Notes under the pieces: model-generated | Told to the model about the DNA's origin: nothing | What the model saw: the letters and a program-made list of their open reading frames with translations, nothing else | Databases searched by the model: none | Made by a program: the position numbers and the translations under genes | In this document: positions 50,441 through 64,000 of the stretch, piece by piece | How the letters are laid out: each line of letters begins with the position of its first letter | How positions within the stretch are numbered: the first letter of the stretch is position 1 | Origin: Squalus acanthias | Taxonomy: Eukaryota | Direction of reading: 5' to 3' | Assembly: GCA_030390025.1 (NCBI GenBank) | Contig: CM059432.1 | Location: forward strand, 121,708,001 to 121,772,000 | Length of the DNA stretch: 64,000 bases

Positions 50441-51927
50441 TCTTTCTTTTTATCATGGCACATCTGCAATGATGATCTTTTGACATTTCCCATTCAGCTA
50501 ATGAGCCACATAGTTGGCATAAATGTCAAAATGTTCATTAATCCACCATGAAATTTACAATCTTGACAGAGAATGACCCAACAAACTCTCCACGAGGTCC
50601 ATTTTACCACCCAGGCAATGGGCGCACTTATAAGCTCTGTTGTGGAGATGCACTACTATCATTACACAATTTAAGAACACTCGCTTTTAAAAATCTTACG
50701 GTCTGTCATTGTAGTATTGTTCAGAAAAGAAAGCATCCGTTCTTCAAGTAGTTGACTCCAGAGATGTTCCCTTTGGTTACCTGAAAGGTCCCAATTGCAT
50801 TTAAATTGAGGGCAGTGATGCCCTTCACTCCCACTGGTTGACTGTTTCTGCTGGTCTTCGTGGGCCGAATGGCAAACTGCAGTCAAGCCTCCTGTGCCCT
50901 CTGTGCTACGAGGCTGCTCTCTCCTCCCTCTACTGCAATATACCTGGCAATGGCCATTGCAGCCATGCTGTCTGCCAAAAAAACAACCCCTCCTGTGTAA
51001 CAATCACTTCTTTCACTGCTGTGATAATACTTCCAGAATTATGGTCTTCATTCAGCTCACTCATTCTGGGTCTAACTTGGAATAAAATATTTATTTGCAA
51101 CATGACTGTGCAGCTGCAGCATGTGGCATGAATTCATCATTTATGACCTTAACAAGTTCTTTAACAGGCAATAAAAATTGACTTTATAACTCACTTTTGA
51201 CTAATCATTCATTTACTTTTGAAGGCCCATTTTTCATGTAGAGATTTTTAAATCATTAGAATTTTTGAATTCAAAGGTAAAGGAACACTAGAAGGTTCCT
51301 GCAGGGATGAGAGGTAAATCATAAAGCTCTACTCTCAGCATGAGGCTACAGTAACTGAGGAAAATGCTATCTATCCTATAAACTAATGGCATTTTCTGCA
51401 GCCTATTACTGCCCAGTGTGATACTTTGCAAAGGAGTTCAATACTACCGAAAGCCTTAGTTCTTTAAACTCTGTTGGCTCTTAGAAAGTTGTAAATCAAC
51501 TTGACCCTAGAAACCTCGTCTGATGTAAAGACATGGTATGCAGTGTCAGAATAATCCTGATATTTCTCGGCTTCTGTTATATCTATGAAGGTAATAGCCT
51601 CATTTCTCAGAGATGATGCATGGAACTCAATTTACTACACAAAAATGTAACTTGACCAATAATATCCTGATCAGTTTGCAGAGGTGAAGCAACATTCATT
51701 TTTTTTAGCAATTATATGCATGATTCAAAGTATTGTACAACTGCCAATGCTACTGAAATATTTGCTTATCCGTATATTAATTATTTACATAAAGCACAGC
51801 TTCATGTTCATTATTCTTTCTTTCTTTAGTATCACTGAGTCATATTTAGGAAAGTGATAGATTGATAGACTTTTAAAATAACTTTTTTAGTACGGTAAGA
51901 TTTATTATTAGATAATGCTGGCATCTT

Positions 51928-52315
51928 CTGTGAATAGCTTAGTTGGTAAAGGCACTGTTTGGTATGGCACTAATACACACAAATGGGGAAGGTCCCACTC
52001 TCAATCCCCAGTCTATCCCAGCTACAGTGATAGTTCGGGTGTTACAATTGGAATTATCATCTCTGGATTAGAGGAAGAGGGGGGAAATTAGCCAGGGTCC
52101 CTGCACCAGATCACTATCCAGTGGCCCCCCCCCCCGCCTCCCCCGCCCCCACTCCCCGCCATCGCCTGCTGAAAAGTGTGCATGTAAACATAAGGACAGA
52201 ATCTGCTGTGTTTGTCAGACAGTTGAATAGTCTGCTGACATTCATTGGAGAGAATGGTCATTTGGGCAAGGTCCCGGAGGACAGTTGGTGGCAGAGGAGC
52301 CAGACTGAGTCCTTT
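51928..52315 (+). mobile_element. Probable second tRNA-headed SINE family, diverged
   Basis: TAGCTTAGTTGG A-box-like start and degenerate B box; body unlike the Deu-SINE. Confidence 0.45.
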
Positions 52316-52319
52316 AAGA

Positions 52320-53065
52320 GAGAAATACATAGAAGTTACAATATGGAAACAGACCATTCGGCCCTACAAGTCCGTGTCAGTGTTTACCTTCCACACGAGC
52401 AAATAGTCCTAATCACATTTACCCACCCTGTTCCAATATCCTGTCAACCCCTTTTCCTTTATCCACCTATCCAATCTAGTCTTGAATGTTGACATAATTT
52501 TTGCCTCAACCACTAACCCTGGAAGTTAATTCGACAGCCTCACAACTCCCTGAAGGAAGAAGTTTCTCCTTCCCTCTGTTCAAAATCTCATATTTAATCT
52601 TGTATCTATGACCCCTTGTTCTTCACATCTCAACAACTGGAAACTGTCTGGTTCTATCTACCCTGTCCCAACCTTGCATAATTTTAAAAACTTCCATAAT
52701 ATCACCCCATAATATGTGGTACTGTAACAAAAATAGACCCAACTTCTCAAGTTTTTCCTCATATTTATATTTGGAGGGGAGAGAAGATTTAATTAAACAA
52801 TAGGAAGAAGATGATGGACTGATGACTAAGGTCAGAGCATGCGGCATCAGGGGACAAGTAGCAGAATGGATAGCTAGCTGGCTGCAAGACAGAAAGCAGA
52901 GAGAAGAGGTAAAGGGTAGCTATTCAGAGTGGCAGAAGGTGAGTAGTGGAGTCCCACAAGAATCAGTGCTGGGAGGCTCGAGTGGAGCATAAACGCCGGC
53001 ATGGACTGGTTGGGCCGAATGGCCCGTATCTATGCTGTATACTCTATGTAATTCTATGTAATGAT
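52320..53065. mobile_element. Two CR1 fragments (minus ~52320-52770; plus ~52810-53065, internally deleted)
   Basis: YEEKLEKLGLF on minus; WIASWLQDRKQR...SGVPQESVLG then 3' UTR and tail on plus. Confidence 0.8.
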
Positions 53066-53434
53066 GAATAAAAAATGATATTATCCTAACATTATTTATT
53101 TGGGAAATGGTGAATTTATACAACATACCTTAGTTTCAAACACTGCGAAATATAATTGATAATGCAGATATAACAAACTGTTAAAAGACAATGAATTAGC
53201 CTATATCAAAACATATGATTTTAAGAGGCAATATTTGAAAAATTCATTGTACAACAAATAATTTGGATTGTACATTCTGTATTTATTTCACACCATTAAC
53301 TCTAACCAGTAAATTAATTATGTTTTAATGTATTATAAAGATTAACCTTTTAAAGTAGCATAACATATTAACTAACTGTAGTAGATTTTATGCACATTAA
53401 TTAATTGCTTTGCATAGCAATTTAGGTAGAATTA

Positions 53435-54072
53435 TATAGAATTTACAGCATAGAAACAAGCTATTTAGCACAACAGGTCTGCGCTGGTGTTTATGCTCCA
53501 CATGAGCATCCTCCCACTCTATTTGCTTCATTTCACTCTATCAACATATCCTTCTAATCCTTTCTCCGTCATGTACTTATCTAGCTTCCCCATAAATGCA
53601 TCTATACAATTCGCCTCAATCATTCCATGTGACCGTGAGTTCCACATTCTCACCACTCTCTGAGTAAAGAAGTTTATCCAGAATTCCTTGTTGGATTTAT
53701 TAGAGATTAGCTTATATTTAAGGCCTCCAGTTTTGGACTTCCTCAGAAGTGGAAACATCTTCTCTACATCTATCGTATCAAACCCCTTCATAATTTTAAA
53801 GACTTCCATCAGGTCACCTCTGTCTTCTCTTTTCTAGAGTGAAGAGCCCCAGCCTGTTCAGTCTTTCCTGACAGTAGCACCCACTTAGTGCTGGTGTCAT
53901 CCTTGTAAATCATTTTTACATTTTGTCCAGAGCTTCTATATCCTTTTTGTAATATGGAGACCAGGTGCTTTGTTTGCACTTTATATGGCTTTGTTAACCT
54001 GCGCTGTTACTTTTAATAATTTGTGTATCTGTACCCCTGGATCTATTTGCGCCTCTACCCTACTTAGACTCT
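53435..54072 (-). mobile_element. CR1 3' portion
   Basis: MEVFKIMKGFD...FFTQRVVRMWNS. Confidence 0.88.
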
Positions 54073-54076
54073 TACG

Positions 54077-54843
54077 GGGGAATTTTAACCTCCAAAAACG
54101 GGTGGGATGTGAAAATGTTTAAAATCTCAAATCCGACCTCAATCTGCTTCAAACACACCGACTTCTGGTTTTAATGGAGGCGGGATGGTGGGGGGGTGGG
54201 GGGGGGGGGGGTTGTGGGCAACCAACCCGCTCCCAGGAGGTGTATTGCTCATTTAAATATTATAATGAGGCTGCGTGCCTCAGATTTTATCTGTTTTACT
54301 GGTTTAACCCTGGCAGGCCGGGTTTCCCAAACCTTGGAAAACCCGACAGCTGAAGGTAGGTGAGGACTGCTGTGTGGAATAGTTAAGTGCCTTTCCAGCA
54401 CTGCTTGTGGACCAGGAGGAGCAGGAGTGCTTCCTCCCGAATCCCCAAGTGAACCTGGTTCCCCCCTCCAGGATCGCGGAAACCCCTCCAAGATCGCCGA
54501 CCCCTCCTCCAGGATTGCCGACACCCCCTCCATAATCATTGAACCCCCCTCCATGATCTCAAACCCCCCCACCCCCTCTAGGATCGACGACAGCCCCCCA
54601 TGATCGGAACCCTCCAGGATCGGACCCCCACCCCTAGGATCAGACTGCCCCACCCCCAAGATTCAGATGCCCCCCCCCCCCCCCAGCACCACGCTATCAC
54701 TACCCCAGCAGGAGGCTCCCTATCTGCTCCTGGCCTGCGGCCTCCTCTGGAGTATTCTCCACCTGACAGGGAGCCACGCCCGTCAATCAGGCTGGATTCC
54801 GGGTGGACAACCAGAACGCCACAGTGTACGGGGAAATCCAGAC
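54077..54843. mobile_element. Harbinger-type MITE with internal C-rich short tandem repeats (~54460-54645)
   Basis: GGGGAATTTTAAC start; CTCCTGCTCC..TGGTCCAC motif on minus shared with 1138-1160; CCCCTCCAGGATCG units at ~19-21 bp spacing; right end uncertain. Confidence 0.55.
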
Positions 54844-56115
54844 TTCTGGGTTTCCTTACGACAACTGGATAACAAAGAACAGATACTTGAAGCTGAACAT
54901 TTTCTAAGTTATATGGTGGAAGCTATGGGGTTAAATTGGTTCGCAGCTGTTTTAGGATGCACCAGAAGAGGTCAGCCCAAGAACCACCTAAAACTGATCC
55001 TCCGGTTACATCTTAATATTTCAGGCAAGCTGCCGGCACCTGCCCTGCCTCTAGAGGGATCAAATTTTGTGAATCTTGCCTCGCCGGCAGAGCCCTTGCC
55101 TTTTTGCTGCCGACCACTTGTTGGGCCGCATTCACACCAGCAAAAGCTGAGTGGAACAGGCCCAGTGTCTGCTCTACTCAGGGCAGCCCGATCCTAAAGC
55201 AATCATTAGATCCCTCATTAGCATATACAAAGGGCCTAATGCCTGCTTCAAGTAGCCGCCCTAGACGCCTGAAAATGGCCCGTGAACTGAAAGCAGCTAA
55301 GTGCTTAATTTCTTTTCTCCGAAGACACGAACACTCTTGTTTTCTCCATTTCTGCGGGAGTAGCTGGAGGAGAGATCTGAGTCCTGAGATACTACAGTAA
55401 CAGATTCCAAAAGAGAAACACTTGAAAATAACTTAGAAAGATGTCAATTAGTGAAGCTACGTGGATGAAGTAATATTGTTTAACCAAGAAAAAGATCCGA
55501 ACAAGTTCAACCTTAAGGTAAGTGATTTCAGACTTAGACTGAGGAGATTAGATGGAAGAGAAGGAAGATTCCCTCGGGGACTTACTTTGGATAATGCTAA
55601 ACAAATGGGGGCTACATTGGGCCGTGTAGCACATGTTTTTTAGGTGCTGCATGGCCAAATAAGACTTAAAAATGGGGTCCAAGTTGCATGCGCACTCTTC
55701 CAACAGAAAATGCACAGGACGCCATCTTGGTAAAGGGGTTTGGGAGCATGCGCCTAACGACCGCCAGCAGCATGCAGAGCAGCGAGATGATGATGCGAAT
55801 CACTGTGCAACGCTGATTTGAAGCCACCACTGCCATTTTCCAACTCCACACTCCAGCCAACACGCTGTCTTAACCTTGCACAGCTGAACACGACATTAAA
55901 CGGAATGAAGGAACCCCCATCAGCGCTATTTAAAGGGATCATGAAGTACTTACAGTTTAGTTGCTGGATTATTTCTTCTGGCTGCTGGTTCAATTGTAGG
56001 CTTTGTTGGAGGTTTCCTACACTTGGCTAAAGTTTGAATACTCTACCGTGCCTGGCTGGTCTTGCAGTAAGTTTTGTCATATAAAATATTGTGCTGAGAG
56101 AAGTTGCTTCCAGAC

Positions 56116-56975
56116 GTCGGAGGCCTGGTAGGACTTCCTCTGGGAATTGAGCATGACTGGGAGAATGAAGAGAGGCCACGCAGAGCAGGACAAGCTGCTA
56201 GAAGAGGGAGGAGGAGGGGAGAAGTTGGTCACTCAGCATGAGGCCATATGCACCCAAACTCTTTAGGGAGCAATTCTCGTATCTTAATTTAAGCGAGGAC
56301 CAATGCTTGAGGCACCTTCGGTTCACAAAAGAAGTTGTGAGTGAAATCTGCCAACTGCTGCAGACATAACTGCAACCTCAAAGCAGGGCAAAGTTCACAT
56401 TGCCTGTGGCTGTCATTGTGACCGTGGCTCTGAACTTTTATGAAGCCTGCTCATTTCAGGCTGCTGCTGGAGATATAAGCAACTTCTCGCAGTGTGCAGT
56501 GCACTGCTGTACAAGGGAGATCACTGAGGCTCTCTATACAAAAAGAACCACATTCATCTCATTCTCCCTTGCCAGAGACAAGCAGGAGGAGAGAGAATGA
56601 GGTTTTGCATGGATTGCAGGCTTCCCTATGGTGCAGTGTTCCATTGGCTGAAAGAACATTGTCTTATGTGCTCCTCATCTGAACTCGGCCATTTTCATGA
56701 ACTGAAAGGTATTTCACTCTGCTGGGTGACAATGATTATCCACTCATGACATGGCTCATGACTCTGGTCAGGAACCCACACACACGTGCACAGCATTAGT
56801 TTCCTCAAGCAATGCTTCCGCTGCCACCACCTATCAGGCGAGAAGCTGAGGAGCAGGAATGAGGAAGAGGAGATGGAGGAGGAAATGGTGGAAGAAAGAA
56901 GAGGAAAGGAGGCTATAACGTAGATAGCCCCTTTGTGCCCAGGCTCTACGTGATCAGATTATTAATGAGCAATAC
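56116..56975 (+). pseudogene. Harbinger DDE transposase (HARBI1-like family), disrupted
   Basis: LSEDQCLRHLRFTKE..ICQLL; VTVALNFY..SFQ..AGD; GFAWIAGFPMVQ; LLGDNDYPLMTWLMT. Stops, frameshifts and large deletions; first catalytic Asp lost. Confidence 0.9.
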
Positions 56976-57295
56976 CAGAAACTTCAACTGCACCTTCCAA
57001 TTACTCAACAGCCCCACAATCCGTAACTTTCCACTATCACTGGCCATCACATCATCTGCGTTCTGGCAACATAAAAATAAAAGCGACCGGAAAATGCACA
57101 TTGCAATCCAAATTTATAAATTCACTCATTAAATAATGTATACAAAATTAAACTAATAACCCTTGTGCATTCCCTTAATGCCTGTCTTCTGTGTGCCTTT
57201 GCCTGTCCTAGTGTTCCTACAAGGTGCTTCCCCAGTGGCTGCAGCATGGGTGGTGGAAGGCTGCTGACCTCCAATTGAGGAGACTGCAGCTGGCC

Positions 57296-59027
57296 TTAGA
57301 GGGCGACCTCGAGCAGCTCTGAGCCTAGAGGGCCCAGCTTCAGACTGCTACATCTCGGCCTGGGCGGCAGCAGTCTGGGCTGGCTGGCTGACAGGCAGCA
57401 GCAAGTGGGAGGGGTGGGAGCAGGAATGCTGTCATCCTGAGAGAGAACAGCAGGTTTCTGTTCAATGGAGCCACTGCCACTCTTCCAGAGCAGCGCCCCA
57501 GCCATCCTGCTGATCTGTTGGACAACAGATTGTGGAACTGCTCTGATGCCCTGGAAGACTCTTTGAACAGTGGTATCCAGAGCCAGGATGGCAGCAGTCT
57601 GAGCTTGTAGGGCAGCAGACTGAGCTTCCACTGCTGCACTCAGACCTCTGATGGAAGCTGTTTGTGTTGCAATGGAAGCTGTGACATCAGCCATCAGACG
57701 CTGCATCATAGTGGGTTCCACAGGTGTGATGATGGAGGTGAACACCTATTCCATGTTTGAAAGGATGGGCTCCAAGCTCTGCACAAAGCCCTGTGCCAAG
57801 TTAGTGCCAGACTCTGCCATGCTCCTCAACATTGAGCACAGGCTTTCTGGCAGGCTTTCCAGTGCAACAAGCAGTTGGGTGTGTACACCCATTAACTTTC
57901 TTCCGTAGCCTGGCGTATCGAAGTCCTCATCTGAGTCCTCTGCAGTAGAGCTAGTGTGCGACCTCGCTTCCAGCAAACTGGTACCTGTGCTATACTTTCT
58001 CCCCACTCTGGCTCCTGCACACTTTTGTCCGGTGTCTCACCATGTGCAGATCCCTCCTCTCTCCTAGCCGCTAAAATACACACAGTATCTGAGCTGGTGG
58101 CTGCGAGTGTAAGATCGGATGACGGCGTCTCTTCATCTTCACTGTCTGCTTCCTCCTCCTCCACTGACTGGGCAGGTTCCAGTTCCTGGGTATCTGAAAT
58201 GAAAAAAGGGACAAGGGTTGGGTTGTGGTGAGGGGAGAGGAGAAAGTAAGAAGTGCGTGCTTACACCCTCTTCAGCTTGTGAGTCAGAAGAGATTGAGGG
58301 ATGAGAGAGAAGTGGGAAGAGAGAAGGAGGATTAGGTATGCAGATACCCTCATCATCAATCACTCGGGAGCCATCAGTAACCATGGCCTCAATGATGCCT
58401 CTTCCCATGATGGCCAGCACTGTCTCCTCCATGGGGGTTAAAACTTGCAGACACACTTCCCCCCTTCAGTGCTTTCCTGCTGCCTCCTGTTACGTGCCAC
58501 TTTCTTCTGCAAGAGAGGGGGAGGTGTGTCAGTGAGTGTCCTGTTTGAGTGATGTGGCTGTCATGATTGAATAGCTGCCAGTCTGTGCGAGTTGTAAGTT
58601 ATGGGTGTGAGGCTTGCAACAGTGCTAAGTGTACGAGGATGAGGTAAACCATATGAATTGAAGAGTTGAGTACTGTTTGATAGAGATTGCTGATAGGTGG
58701 TTGATGTGGTTGTAGTGAATTGAGCAGTGGATGAGGCTAGTGGTGCAGTTGGTAGGATATGCTATTTTAAAGTTTGAACTCACTCACCTTGACAACTCGG
58801 GTCAGATCATTAAACTTCTTCCTGCACTACAGCCATAGTCTTGGAGCAACACTCCTGGCAATGACCTCTGCGATTATTTCTTCCCACTGCCTCCTGAGCA
58901 CATGTCTGGAGGGCCTCTTGCCTCCCTGCAGCTACAGGATGTCTCTCCTTCTCTCCATACCTTGCACCAAGGCCTCCAGTGCAGCATCAGAAAACCTTGG
59001 TGCATGCTCGCTCACATGTTCAGTCAT
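57296..59027 (-). pseudogene. Harbinger Myb/SANT-like gene, exons 59027-58788, 58506-58348, 58193-57296
   Basis: MTEHVSEHAPRFSDAALEALV...W...CRKKFNDLTRVVK|GTGAGT with two stops; CAG acceptors; acidic then coiled-coil exon 3 with frameshifts. Confidence 0.85.
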
Positions 59028-59739
59028 TCTTCAATCTTTTACAGCATAGATTCAGTTCACAAAGGATTCCATTTCTTGCAGCCACAATGCACCTCCCCTT
59101 TAAGAGGTGCAGGCTGCCTTTAAGTAGCGCTAGCCACTCACGATATCAGGCACCCTGCTGATGGATGCAGCCAATGAACAGCACGGGTAATGCTGGCTGC
59201 ACCCATCAATCATGTAAAACGCAATGAATGGGTGCGGGTTGAACGCGTACCACGATCCCCACGCCCATTTTTGGGGGTTACCCAATTTAACCCCCATAGG
59301 GTTTCCATACCTAGGAGCTAGAAAAGGCTTTAATTACTTATTTCTCCTGGCTGTTGCTTTCATTGACTCTTACAAACTGCTGAGATCAATCAGGCAGCAG
59401 TGGAGCTGTGCAAATTTCAGACTCCAGGATACTGACCAGTTTTATTTATCTTTTTATAGGATTGTTTTGCATCTGTAACAAGGTGTGACCTCTGAAGCAA
59501 TGCAAGACTACATATAGATACAGATAGATTAGTTCCTGTTTTACAGATCAGTTATCTTGCCACTGCCATTAGTGCTGGAATAATTTCTTCTTTTCATCTT
59601 TCATTGATTGACTCGGTGTCACACTGCAACATGTTTTACAAATGCAAAAATCATTTATACTTTCATATCATCTTGAAATTGAGAACTAAGATCTTATATT
59701 TATATAGATTTATAAAATAAATAAAGATAGAGAGAATTT

Positions 59740-60995
59740 GAAGTTATATAGCATCTTTCACAACCTCAGGAGAACCTTGGAAAATAATTTTGCATGCAAC
59801 AAGGTCCCACAAACAGCAATGAGATTAATGGACAGAAAATCTGTTTTAGTGAAATTGGTTGAGTAATAAATATTAGTGAGGACACTGGGAAGAACTCCCC
59901 TTCTCTTCTTCGAATAGCACCATGGGACCATGTCCACCTGAGAAGACTGGTTTAATGGCATTTCCGACAGTTCAGCCTCCCCTCAGTACTGCACTGTAGT
60001 GTCAGCCTGGATTCTGTGCTCAAGTCTCTGAAGTGGGGCTTGAACCCACAACCTTCTAAATGACCTTTACGACGGTGTCTAAATTGTCAGACTGCTTGTC
60101 CGACAGACAGTTCTGGATGAGCAAAAATTTTCTCCAATTAAATATTGGGAAGACTGAAGCCATTGTTTTCGGACCCCGCCACAAACTCCCTTCTCTAGCC
60201 ACTGACTCCATCCCTCTCTCTAACATCTGTCTGAGGCTGAACCACACTGTTCGCAACCTTGGTGTCATATTTGACCCTGAAATGACCTTCCGACCACATA
60301 TCCACAGCATAACAAAGACCGCCTACTTCCACCTCCGTAACATCGCCTGTCTCTGCCCTTGCCTCAGCTTATCCATGCCTTTGTTGCCTCTAGACTTGAC
60401 TATTCCAATGCACTCCTGGCGGCCTCCCACATTCCACCCTACGTAAACTTGAGGTCATCCAAAACTCGGCTGCCCGTGTCCTAACCCACACCAAGTCACA
60501 TTCGCCCATTCGCCCTGTGCTCGCTGACCTACATTGGCTCCTGGTTAAGCAGTGCCTCGATTTCAAAATTCTCATCCTTGTTTTCAAATCACTCCATGGC
60601 CTCGCCCCTCCCTATCTCTGTAATCTCCTTCAGCCCCACAACCCTCTGCGATATCTGTGCTCCTCTAATTCTGCCCTCTTGAGCATCCCTGATTATAATC
60701 GCTCAACCATTGGTGGTCATGCCTTCTGTTGCCTAGGCCCCAAGCTCTGGAATTCCCTCCCTAAACCTCTCCACCTCATGCCTCTCTTTCCTCCTTTAAG
60801 ATGCTCCTTAAAACCTACCTCTTTGACCAAGCTTTTGGTCACCTGCCCTAATTTATCCTTATGTGGATCGGTGTCAAATTTGTTGTTTTAAAATACTCCT
60901 GTGCAGCGCCTTGGGACGTTTTACTACATTAAAGGCGCTATATAAATACAAGAATGTTGTTGTTCTGACTTAGAGGAGCGAGTGTCAAAGCTGAC
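59740..60995 (-). mobile_element. Deu-SINE whose head is split by an L2 insertion
   Basis: SINE runs to ACCTTCT at ~60057 and resumes as TTCTGACTTAGAGG at ~60963. Confidence 0.75.
60059..60963 (+). mobile_element. L2 LINE 3' portion
   Basis: NFLQLNIGKTEAIVFG, VRNLGVIFD, LHWLLVKQCLDFKIL, LWNSLP; GTT tail. Confidence 0.95.
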
Positions 60996-62925
60996 CCAAA
61001 AAAAAGTGGACTAGGTTGCATCATGAATAAATTGCACTTTAAGGCCTTAGGCTACTCCAGACGTAGTAGGCACCCTGAAATGGTAAGTGGCAAGAGTTTG
61101 CTCACAGATAACAACCTGTAAGAGGTTTTCTGAGGGTTATTCTGTTGTACTGTCAAGAAAGCATTGCCTGTTTTCATTATCTGTGGTTACCACTGCTTCT
61201 CCTGCTGTGATACATTCTGAGGTTGATGGCATTATTGACAACATTATGGTGAGTTGTTAAATGTGGTTTTGTGAATCAAAACAGAGCAATCCAGACTGGA
61301 TGCTGTATTTTTATTTCTATGGAAAATCTCATGGCAGCTGCTGACATGCCAAGTTTACGGAATGAAGCCATAGATTTATCATTTGGAGAGATGGTATGGG
61401 CACATGGCTAAAGATAGAAAAAAAAATCAAAAAAAATTGTGGACTTGAGAGGTAAAATGATGACCTGTAGGGTCATGGTCTTAGCAAGAACCTGCAGCTG
61501 TTTGGCTTTCTCAGGTGTACGAGAGGAGCAGTAACCTCTCTCAGCTTTTATTCGAGGCTCAGTGCCCAGAATATTAGCTTTAGCGAAGTTCCAGCTCCCT
61601 GGAGAATTGAAATGTATGCATTGCACATTGACCAGCCCAAGAGTAACATTGTGCTACTCTCATTCAGTTTGCTTGTTACTCGAATCTTACTAACACCTAG
61701 GAAGAAAGGGAGCTCTTTTTATGTGGGACTGCATAACAATCCTGTGCTGAGTAGAAGATTTTTAAGCCACCCACACACAAAAAAGAGAGCAAATTATGCT
61801 CTTTGGGAAAATAAAGCTTTAGGCAGCTAAGATCCTGACCCTTTCAAAGTGAATCATAATGGGCCCAAGCCAAAGTTTTTCTTCTTGGATGCAGTTTATG
61901 GATCTATCGCTGACCTTTAGCTACATATCAGCAAGAGATCTGACCCATGAAGTTTGTGCCTTCAGGATACTGAAGTTTGCTGTCAGCCCTGCAAAGACCC
62001 CTAGGCCTCACTGGTGCACGCTGAAGCCTGGAGGGCTACTCTGCAGGAAATGTAATTCGTTATATAATTAGTTATGTTTATAATTCTGTTGAGAAATTTC
62101 CAGATAGCATTTTACTTATTAATCTATGTTGATTTTGTTTTCGCTAAATTCTTTTCTGCAAGCCTGCAGGGTTAATATTAGAGGGATTAATACTGCTCCT
62201 TTGATATACTTTATTATGGACATGCTTAATTGGTCAGATTAAAGGCATTAAAATTAATGTTTCCCCACGTTTATTTTGTGAGATTTGTGTCAATTCCCCC
62301 CTCGTCTTTCTTTTCTCTCTTGCAAGCGCAATATCTGAAAGTGTACAGAGGCAATCAGCTCCAAGCCTACAGGGGTCAACATTCACAATGGAAGTAGAAT
62401 GGGGTTCCCTGTAGAGTAAAATATTTAAGCCAAGAAATTACTTATGGCAATATTAGCAGACGAATGCGTACCACCTTAAATAGATGAATAAGTCCATTAA
62501 AATAGCAAATAAAGGAATGTCTGACAAATATTTTATATGGCTAGCAGCTAATATCGCAGTTACAGTCAAGGTCCTCTCAAAAAGCTCTGTACTCAAGATC
62601 ACAACAAAAGACAATTTCTAAAAACAGACCTGCTCCTTTTATGAACTGAAACTTAAGCATATAGTTTGCAGTGAATGGGTTGCAGCATGCAAGAGAACTA
62701 TATAGCCTTTCACCAGAAATGGTACAAGATGCCTCCTGGTTTCTCTAATAGATGGGGAAACACAACAATTACAGAATATATATCTAATGTTAACCTAAGA
62801 ATTGTTTATTACAAGAAAGAACTGCACATAAAAGCAAGTAAAATCAGCAGAAAAAAGTGGATTGATGTACTTAATGCCATTGTATTTACTTTCCTCCAAC
62901 TAAATATTGGGAAGACCGAAGCCAT

Positions 62926-64000
62926 GGGCCGGAATTTTCTGTACCTCGGGTGCGGGTGGTCGCCGTGGCGGGTCGTGACCCCGTTCTTCATCCAGTGCCG
63001 CTCCTGGGATCGACTTTCCATTAATGGGGCCTATTAAGGCCGCCCTGTGCGTTTCCCGGCTCAATTAAATGGTGCGGGTCTGATGACGTCATCGATGACG
63101 CGTTTTCAGCCGGGATATTTAAAGGAGCCATGACCACATTGCATTTGAAGGTTCATGTAGGAGTGTGCAGGCAGCACACTGCACAATTGGACTGCCGGAA
63201 AGAGTGCCAAACATGACTGCACAGAGGCAGAGGGCTGCACCCAGGTTCTCCGATGACTCCATCAATATGTTTCTGGAGGGAGTGAGAGCATGCAGGGAGG
63301 TTCTCTTCCCTTCTAATGGGCGCAAGAGACCGCCCCAGGACACAAAAGGAGCCTGGCTTCAAATAGCAGAGGACATCATACAGCAGGGATGTGCTCAGGA
63401 GGACCTGGGCGCAGTGCCGGAAACGTTTCAATTATCTCATTAGATCAGGAAAGATGAGTGCAACGCCACACTCAACTTCGTCCTGCTGTGCCTCTCATCA
63501 CATCCCCATCACTCTGCCTTCCCAAGCCTACTCCTGCACATCCTTACTCACACCAACATACCTTGCACGCCCACCCATCCCTCTCTCTCTATCTACATTT
63601 TCACTTCCCCATCTCACTAGCCACCTGTCATACTCACCCTCATCCTCATGCAATCATACCAACCAACTAACAACGCACAAGGAGACCACTTGGCATTGCC
63701 ACCCCACTCCACCATAGTCACCCTCTAAAGATATAACCCATTCATTCCGGTGCAGCAAGGTGCTCTCCAGCTCCTCGCTAGCAGGGAAGTGCGGGTGGTC
63801 CATGAGAGGGATGATGGTGACAGGGGACATGGATGTGGGGCCTCCTCTCAAAGTGCTCACACTTCTCCCCCATTGCCACACCCTCCATCAGAGCCCCAGA
63901 TGCTTCCTCGGATAGCAATGTCCGAGTCTGCCCCTGCACAGTCGCAGGAGGGCGGGGCCATCACAAGCTCCAAAACCCAGAGGACGTCTGCCAAAAGGGT
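62926..64000 (+). mobile_element. Harbinger derivative with Myb/SANT exon 1 (63213-63453) and exon-3 remnant; runs off the window
   Basis: GGGCCGGAATTTT end inserted in an L2 stub; MTAQRQRAAPRFSDDSINMFLEGV...WAQCRKRFNYLIRSGK with a frameshift and donor mutated to ATGAGT; 63750-64000 resembles 30350-30095 on minus. Confidence 0.88.

Larger units (their letters stand above)
55607..59295. mobile_element. Decayed two-gene PIF/Harbinger transposon
   Basis: TIR GGGGGCTACATTGGG / CCCAATTTAACCCCC (13/15); convergent transposase (+) and Myb/SANT (-) genes; no clean TSD. Confidence 0.88.

Noticed and set aside
56116..56975. Host HARBI1 gene
   Set aside because: It lies between TIRs opposite a Myb gene and is disrupted by stops and deletions.

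Overview
Repeat-dense, apparently gene-poor vertebrate genomic DNA. The repeat content (Deu-domain SINEs, CR1/L2 LINEs, Penelope ends) points to a cartilaginous fish (inference). I recognise no host protein-coding gene. The window holds a truncated Gypsy LTR element (LTR, tRNA-Ser PBS, gag start), many CR1, L2 and SINE copies, three Penelope ends with hammerhead ribozyme motifs, two hAT-like MITEs and a 107-bp G-rich higher-order minisatellite. It is dominated by PIF/Harbinger DNA transposons: one decayed two-gene element, several deletion derivatives keeping the Myb/SANT gene, and many MITEs. Best leads: two different Harbinger-type families inserted at the same nucleotide of separate SINE copies; a Myb/SANT gene restored to a 438-aa frame by skipping exon 2; an intact minimal hammerhead; and covarying subterminal hairpins in a MITE family. 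I found no clearly new biological system. All family calls come from recognition by eye, not database searches, and boundaries of old repeats are approximate.
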